This document shows positions 56,025 to 64,000 of a DNA stretch of 64,000 bases, piece after piece. The position numbers and the translations under genes are program-made. This stretch comes from Chrysomallon squamiferum (taxonomy: Eukaryota; Animalia; Mollusca). The first letter of the stretch is position 1; the number at the start of each line of letters is the position of its first letter. The stretch spans positions 12,214,001 to 12,278,000 of the forward strand of contig CM022674.1 in NCBI GenBank assembly GCA_012295275.1, written 5' to 3'. Below the pieces are notes generated by a model that did not search any database, was not told the DNA's origin, and saw nothing but the letters and a program-made list of their open reading frames with translations.

Positions 56025-56493
56025 TAAATACTTCTGTTACAATTTCTTGTATACTTACTAGTAGAACTGTTTGTCAGTTTAAATTTTTTTCCCTTACCTA
56101 TATAAATAAAGTAAATTGATAAATGTTACCATTTCATTCACCACGGCAGTGAACTATTAATAATAATTATACTATAATCACGTGTGTGTGTGGCTCCATG
56201 GCAGTAATCATCAGTGTTGGGTGAATGAAAAATAAAATAAGAATAAAATGACTAATGTCAATGCCTTGAAGTGTCTGGTCTGGTCTTTTTATTTTTTTTT
56301 TTTTTATTTTTTTATTTTTTAACCATAACGTTTTTAATTTTTTTTTAGTAAACGTTATACTTCTGTTACAATTTCTTGTATACTTACCACTGGAATTGTT
56401 TGGTGGTTTCAGTGTCTGTCCCTCACCTATGTAATTAAGGCAGGTTCAATTACCAAGACAGTGAACTATTAATAATATTAATAAAACTACTAT

Positions 56494-56554
<61 letters not shown>

Positions 56555-57369
56555 GTGTGTTGATGTGTCAGTAATGATCAGACACTGGTGAATTAAAAAA
56601 TAAAATAAGAATGAGGTGACTGATGTCAATGTTTTGATGTGACTGGTTGGTGCAAGTACACTTCAGTAGAAACATGAGTATTAAAATGTGTGTGCTTTCA
56701 TGTTTACATAACAAAATACAGTAAATAACACTTTACTCCACAAAAGCAGTCAGGCAGAGTGAACTACAGAGTGACAAACCTTTATGTTTCCCTTCTGAAA
56801 AAACTACCAATAAATAAATACAAAAAATTAAATAGTATTTAAATTTTAAATAAAGTTCTTGCAAATTAAAAACTAATATTTTTAATTTCCCCCCGCCCCC
56901 AGTAGCTGTTGTAATTTGGATTGATTCCAAATTTTTTGTTGTGTATTCTATGATTATTATTATTATTATTATGTTTAGTGTTGTTTTTGTTTGTTTTTTG
57001 TTTGGAATGTTCAGGGGGGGGGTCTTTTTTATCTCTTTTAATAGAAACAGCATGATACCATACTTACAAGCGTTTTTCTGGCCAATAGTAAAAACATTTT
57101 TATGATGGATGTATAATACTATTTCATTCATATCCAGAAATGGCAGTAACCAGTAAACCCTGCATATATTGACTGGGATGTTTGGTTTTGTTTTGGGGCA
57201 ATATTTATTTTCATTGTTTCTGGTGACTGTTCCAGCTATTGACAGTCATTATTGTTGTTCTAGTTTTTGTTCTTTGTCTTCTTTGTTAAAACTGTTGATG
57301 TTGTGGGGAGGTATTTGGGGAAAAAATTGTTGTTCTATGTTTTTTGTTTTCTTGTGGGGTTTGTATCCT

Positions 57370-57402
<33 letters not shown>

Positions 57403-58289
57403 TCAATGGTATAAAGTTCTGTCATAATTTCTTGTATACTTACCATTAGACACGTTTGTTGGTTTCAACTTTTGCCCCTTCCCTGTGTAAATAAAAGAGA
57501 TCAGTAAATGCTACCATTGAACTGTTAATAATATTAATAATACTACTGTAATCATAAGTGTATCTGCCTGTCTGTGTGTGTGTAATGATCAGACTTTGAT
57601 GAATTAAAAAATAAAATAAAAATGAGGTGACTGATGTCAATGTCTTGATGTGACTGGTGAATGTACACTTCAATAGATTAAATGTGTGTTTCCATGTTTA
57701 CATAACAAAATACAGTAAATAACACTTTACTCCACAAAAGCAATCAGGTAGAGTGAATTACAGAGTGACAAATCTTAATTATGTTAAAAGAAAAAAAATT
57801 AAATAACTAAAATAAAATTAAGTAGTATTTAAATTTTAAGTTAAAATTTTAAGAAAATAAAAAGTAATGATTCATGATAATAAATATTTAAGTATAAAAC
57901 AGTATTATACTCAGTCACTTTCAACAAGACATCATTCCCATGTTTCTGCTTCTTTTTCCAACTGTTTTTGTTAATTTTGTTTTCCAAATGTTTTGTTGTT
58001 CTATTTCATTTTGTATTTTTATATATATATATATATATATGGTACTACTATACTAGTAGCAGTATTATACTATACTACTACTAGTAGTAATAATATTTTT
58101 TTTTTTTTTTTTTTTTTTATCTCTTTTAATAGAAACAGCATGATACCATGCTTATAAGCTTTAATCCAATCATCAGTAATTCCATTTTTTGTTTTTATAA
58201 TATTTCTTTCATGACCCCAGACTTTATCCAGAAATGGCAGTAACCACCAGTAATCTCCATCTATCTATCTATCTATCTATCTATCTATT

Positions 58290-58357
<68 letters not shown>

Positions 58358-60811
58358 GGGTGCAAAAGTAGGTATCAGTGAATTTAGTAGCACATTAAAT
58401 TAGTTACACTCATTTTTCTTATTTTGAGTGTCATTAACGATATTTTATTTAAATTAATAAAAATGCATATATTCTTATATCAGCTTTTTGGATAGAATAA
58501 TAAATGCAATGAGTACCTACTTTTGCACCATCCTATATATATTAATTGAGATGTCGGTTTTGGGGCAGTTTTTATTATTATTTCTGGTTATTGTGCAGTT
58601 ATTGACAAAATAGTACTGTTGTTTTGGTTCCTAGTCTTTTCTCTTTTTTTATTAAACTGTTGATTTTTTTTTTTTGTTGATTTTTTTTTTTATATTGTAA
58701 CATTTTTCAGTAATTGGTATATTTCTGTTACAGTTTCTTGTATGCCTACCATTGGAAATATCTGTTGGTTTCAACTCTTGCTCCTTACCTGTGTAAATAA
58801 AATAGATTGGTAAATGTTTTCCTTTTCATTCACCAAGACTGAAGTATTAATAATATTAATATTATAAATGTATGTGACTGTATGTGCCAATAATCAGCAG
58901 TCTCAAATGTTTATGTTTTTTTTTATTTGAATCTCTTTAAATGTTGTTAGGAATAGTGTCTTACCTTTATTACAAACTTTTTTCCAGTCATCAATAAATT
59001 TACTTTTGCGGGTTATAACATTATTTTTTTTATATCCACAGCCTTTTTCTAGAAATGATTTAGTCATATCATCCAAACATGTTTTCATACTTTGTATATA
59101 GCTTGCACTGCAATTAATTGGTTTACTTGTTAATTTATTAATTCTTCTGAATTTCCTAGATGTTTGGGTTTTTTCACCAATGTAAGTAACAACAAAAGTA
59201 ATGTGTATCATGATTGTAACATCTCTGGACCATGTGACTTCACAGAACTAAAATTTAGCACAGCTAAAATGGCACAGATTAATTGTTTATGACAGAGAAT
59301 GTGCCAAGATGTGAAATCTTCTGCTAAAGCAATGCCCCACCAGTGGAAATAAAACGTTTGACATCTTTAAATTACAACATAATACTATACAGATTATTCA
59401 GTGAAACAACATTTCATTATTTATGAAGAACTGCATGTTTTCCTTACCACCCTAGCTGTCTTTTAATAATGATGTTCTTTTATTATCAGAAGATAGTCTA
59501 GTGTATATGTTACAGTAAGGTTGCGAAATTAGTTTCAGAAAATACCTATACAACTTTCAAATCTTCAGATATTTGATGTAAGCATATTTGCTTAGTTAAT
59601 ATTAGTAATATTTTTGGAAGAGTGAAACAATAAAAAACATAAATAACTTGAATGATACATATCCATTTCTTTACATAAAAGTCATAATTTTCAAAATATG
59701 AAACAAAGTATGCATGAATATCTTCTTTTGTATTACTCATACATTTATCAGAATGGTCCATACTACAAACCAGAGGTGTAGGTGTAACCCTTATTCATTT
59801 TGACTCTAAAATTTGCCTGTTATACTGAAAACCTTTGAAAACATTCTAAATGTAATTGTCTGGCCCTGTATCTGTCACTGAGACAAACACAATGGCTGGC
59901 CACCTACAAAACATTTAGACCATCAGCTCACCACACCGAAAATTAAAATATTCACTTACTTACACATCTTCATTTTAAAACTATTTAAATCTTTGTACTT
60001 AGAGTTCAGTTCTCCCACTGTTCCATCTGTAATCAGGTAAAGATAGTTAGTGTTTGTTATTTCTCGTGGTTCTAAGCACAGCTTGATTATTTCTTTTGAA
60101 AATTTCATTACACATAGTGTCTGGCCATCTGACTCCCAGATCATGATCAAGTTCACTAACACTGGAATAAATAATAACTATTATTTCAGAATCATCTACA
60201 ACTTTTCAAAGAAAATAGCAGTCATGATTATAATCAAATGCATGAAAGCAGACATCCACACACCTAAGTGTTATCTTTTTACTTTCAGCTCGGTTTTGTT
60301 TACACAATAAGCATATTATCTGTGTTATCCAATAAACTTCATCGGTTGAAAGGAACAAGTTTGCCCGTACACCGGTTTACGCGATAGCATAATTCCCTGT
60401 GCTAATGTTGGAAAAATTGGTTGATTATAAATTTTTGAGACGTTAAAGTGGGTTTATGCAGTTTTATATCTTTTTCTTCTTCTTCTTTTCTCGTTTTTTA
60501 TTTTTTTGTTTTTATTTTTTTATCTGCATTAGGAGTCCTTCAAAAAATAGTAACAAAAAAACAAAAAAAACACGACCTGCTAACAAGCACGCCTATACTT
60601 AAACCTGCAAAGATTACGGTTCGTGTATGTTAATTTGATTTATTAGACTTAGCAGATGTTTTTTCTAAATATTTTGTCGTTGCTTGTGAAGAATTAAAAG
60701 AGTCGTATAAACATTAAAGCTCGTTTTTGTTTTATCTTCTAGTTTTGTTATTATCATCATTATTCAAATATTATGTTTTTTAACACTGTTACCTTTGACA
60801 AAAAAGTACAT
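54825..60811 (-). CDS. Gene 4: signal peptide + 6-Cys domain + four 13-aa microexon repeats + TM + short tail, no TSP1 (~225 aa)
   Basis: Exons 60793-60811, 59960-60161, 58965-59107, 58750-58788, 57444-57482, 56388-56426, 56059-56097, 55432-55526, 54825-54887 give an open 678-nt frame. First three exon sizes (19/202/143) equal those of gene 3. TM FIPILVIAVLFVIGAGIYVM. Confidence 0.78.
58354..58535. mobile_element. Short Tc1/mariner-type MITE
   Basis: TIRs ggtgcaaaagtaggta / tacctacttttgcacc, embedded in (TA)n. Confidence 0.8.
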
Positions 60812-60989
60812 TATTTTATCGTCTGCCACAGGATTCTGTACCTTAACGTGCAAATTCATCGAACACCGAAGTCGCTGTAACCAGTGACGTATCAATGACG
60901 AATAAAATAAAATGACACACACTGATATGGTAACCAGAACTTAAACAATAATAATAATTAATTAATTAATAATAATAATAATAATAGTA

Positions 60990-61025
<36 letters not shown>

Positions 61026-61076
61026 CAACTGGCTATAGTAAAGGTAGGTGTTCGCCATTTGTAAAGCATATAAATC

Positions 61077-61195
61077 AAGTATGGGCAACCTTTTTCGAGA
61101 AGCGGACCTCATGAAGCAGTACTAATAAACGTTACTTTTCTTGTGAAAGTTGGCGTACCATCCTGAAAGACCCATGGGCTGCAGTTTATCCCTAA
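61077..61195. mobile_element. Possible degenerate hAT-type MITE
   Basis: caagtatgggcaacct...gggctgcagtttatcccta resembles hAT/Charlie-type ends; weak. Confidence 0.3.
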
Positions 61196-61552
61196 TAGCA
61201 AAAATATTAAAAACGTAATTACAGGGTACATAAATAATAACAAATTATTTTTCTAAGCATATTTTGAATATAAATTAGGATCATTTGCCTCCGTCACATT
61301 TGTCAGTTTTGCCTTCCTATTTGCATTTATGGAGCGAATAATATAAACTGAACTGTCTGATTTTTCAACATGTTAATATCTAAATATAATGAAGTAACAG
61401 ACCATTAGGTCCATCACTAATAATGACAGCAAAATTCAATGATGCTCAATCAAGAGTTTCTTACCACATCGTAGAGTAGTTTTATCAGAATTCCAAGAAA
61501 CCATGATAAAAATCTAAACCAAAAAAGAAAGACGTTTTTCCACGTCACCCTT

Positions 61553-61587
<35 letters not shown>

Positions 61588-64000
61588 CTTCCCTGTAAAT
61601 CTGTGCTACGGTTAAATTAATATCCAAGCAAATCTGTCAAATGTTTTGGAATGATTGATCGCATATATAGATTTATATTGATTATATTCAGTGAAATTAT
61701 GTCTACAAATATAAATATACTGATGTTTAAAACATTTAAAGTTCTTTTATTATCGATACAGATTATAATTCCTTTCCCGTGTTTCCTCGGTTTATATAAC
61801 AATTAATATAAATTCAACATATATTTGATGTAGGTGATTATATGTACAGATTTTTATTTTCCTGTTTTATTTTTTTTATTTTATTTTTTTTTTTTGAGTG
61901 GGGTTTTAGGGTTTGGGACGAGCAATTAATGTTAAATTCAATTTTATGTTTTATTTGCATATGTTATTTGGTTATTTTATTTAATTTTTTTCAGATTTAT
62001 ATATTAAATTTTATTTTTTTTTAATTCACAATTAATGATTATACAAAATCGGTTTGCTGATTATACTTTGTGAAACAAACAAAAAAAAACAAAAAATATG
62101 TTCTTTTTGCAGTGAGTGAAGTTAGTGCCATGACCTTTAAATAGTCGGATCTAGCAGGAACAATATTTATCACAACAGGGCACTGGGAAGGATTGATCCT
62201 CCCACCAGTCATATTTCGAGTAAGTGCTTTATTGCAGAATTCCTTAAGTCTGATCCTTAGTTATTGTAGTTTTTCAGGTGGGTGCATGCGTGTTTGTTGT
62301 AGGGGGTTTAGGTGGTCTTTTTTTTTTTACTATTTTCTTTTGCTTTTATTATTATTATTATTATTGTTGTTGTTGTTGTTGTTGTTGTTATTATTTGTTT
62401 CGTTTTGTTTAACTGTTGGGTCGTTTGTTTGCTGGTTTGATTTTTAGAATATGTTCTGCATAAATTTAATATTAAATAAATATAAAAGTTACTACAGTAA
62501 GACAGTATTTTGTCTTAGAGAGAAAGACAGACAGACAGAAACACGTACAGAGATCTAATACTAAAATAAAACTTCAGATTCGTTTTCTATTATTTTATTA
62601 TTCTTTGTAGCAGTAACTATAGTAATGACTTGTAGTACTAGTAGTTGTAGCATTAGTACTAATAGTGGTGATGGTTACAATATTAATGGTAAAATCAGAA
62701 GATGTAGTTGTTGTAAAATTATAAGTTGTGGTGGTAGTGGGTTGTAGCGCTAGTAGAGAGGTGCATCCGCTAAGTGTTGATGCTGAAGCTGAATCATATC
62801 ATCTTTCTTCGTTAGTGGCACCGACGTTCACCAAGTCATTGAGTTAGTTCTCTCCCTTTCTCTATATAAAGGTGGCGTTAGAGATTTGTGTTTCCTTTTT
62901 AACTATCTTTGGTTAGTTCCCTAAGGCTGAATGAAGGATAGTCATATGAATGGTTCGCAGAATCAGACTTCACAAATCCAGAATCTTCGTCTTTTCGATA
63001 TCTTCATTAAAAACAAAAAGTAAATAAATAAAATAAATATATAAAATTTATAAGAACGAATTTATTTAACTTCAATAGGAACTCGGATAAATATACTGAA
63101 TGTTGTTTAGTTTATCTGCTGTTAAAAAGAAAACCTTAATGATGATAATAAAGACCAGAAATACCTCCTTGCTGCGATTTCCAGATTTTCATGATATTGA
63201 CACTTCGGACGCAGGATAACAAATATTAACAAGAATAGATCCGTACCAAAGCGGTTAATTTGCCAAAAGCACGCGAAGCTAGTATACATACCTTTGTTTG
63301 ACATTCTGCTATGGATTTGTCCTTTTCTCAGACCGAAAAAAAAAAACATTGCGATAACATTGGACACAGCTTACCTCGTTAATTTTATTTATTTATTTAT
63401 TTATTTATTGCATTACCGTTATTTTTGTTACCTTCTCATTTTTTGCAAACGAATTATCATGATTATAATTGATGCCTAGTGTACCGCATTGTTGGACAGT
63501 GGTACACTATATTTACTTAGAGCTGGTGTCTTTTACGTCCGCGTACGATTAAATTCATCGCCTTATTTTAACATGACTGATAAATTTGTACAAAATGTTA
63601 AAAATCGCCCAAGCAATACTTCACCTTCTGAGCAAGCAAATGATGCCGCAGAAAGAAACGGACAAGAAAACGGCTATCGCTATTATAGTCAGAAACATCA
63701 AAGCTGTTGTCTGTCTTTTTTCTGTAAGACAAAAATCAAATAAAAAATTAAAGATTCTTATAGATTTCTTAAATGTTCATTCATAGAAACTGATGGTCTT
63801 CATGGTCATATTTAGACTTATAATAATTAATTTAATTCATTTAAGGATCTGCATGTCCCCTTCTTATACGGCAAAAATGTCAGTACCACTAAAGTCCCTA
63901 AGTGTGTGATCGTTGTGTAGTCAGTAACCTTTTCGACTGTGAACACGTCAGACACTTATTTCTCATCGATACAAAGGGTTTAGATTATGTATACCAGCTT

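Noticed and set aside
62760-64000. Short ORFs and a tatataaa motif near the window end
   Set aside because: No identifiable product or exon structure; TATA-like words are common in such AT-rich DNA.

Overview
AT-rich, microsatellite-rich animal genomic DNA with spliceosomal GT-AG introns; the taxon cannot be fixed from sequence. The window holds a cluster of four related genes for predicted type I transmembrane proteins. All share a ~104-aa six-cysteine domain (C-x10/11-C-x36/37-C-x10-C-x12/13-C-x21/22-C, split over a phase 1-2 and a phase 2-1 exon) that I cannot assign to a named family. Gene 1 (+, 5' end outside the window, 446-36994) is a giant tandem array of 14 thrombospondin type-1 (TSP1) exons alternating with 13 copies of the 6-Cys domain (507-nt/169-aa module). 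The array is followed by a stalk exon, a TM exon and a very basic tail built from five 21-24 nt microexons. Genes 2-4 (-) are compact paralogues with a signal peptide and one 6-Cys domain. After that domain they carry one TSP1 (gene 2), two TSP1 (gene 3), or four 39-nt microexons and no TSP1 (gene 4). Introns carry Tc1/mariner remnants, MITEs and mini/microsatellites. Five exons carry 1-2 nt frameshifts at homopolymer or doubled-base sites, which may be assembly errors. All gene models were spliced by hand from splice signals, exon phase and paralogy; none has transcript support.
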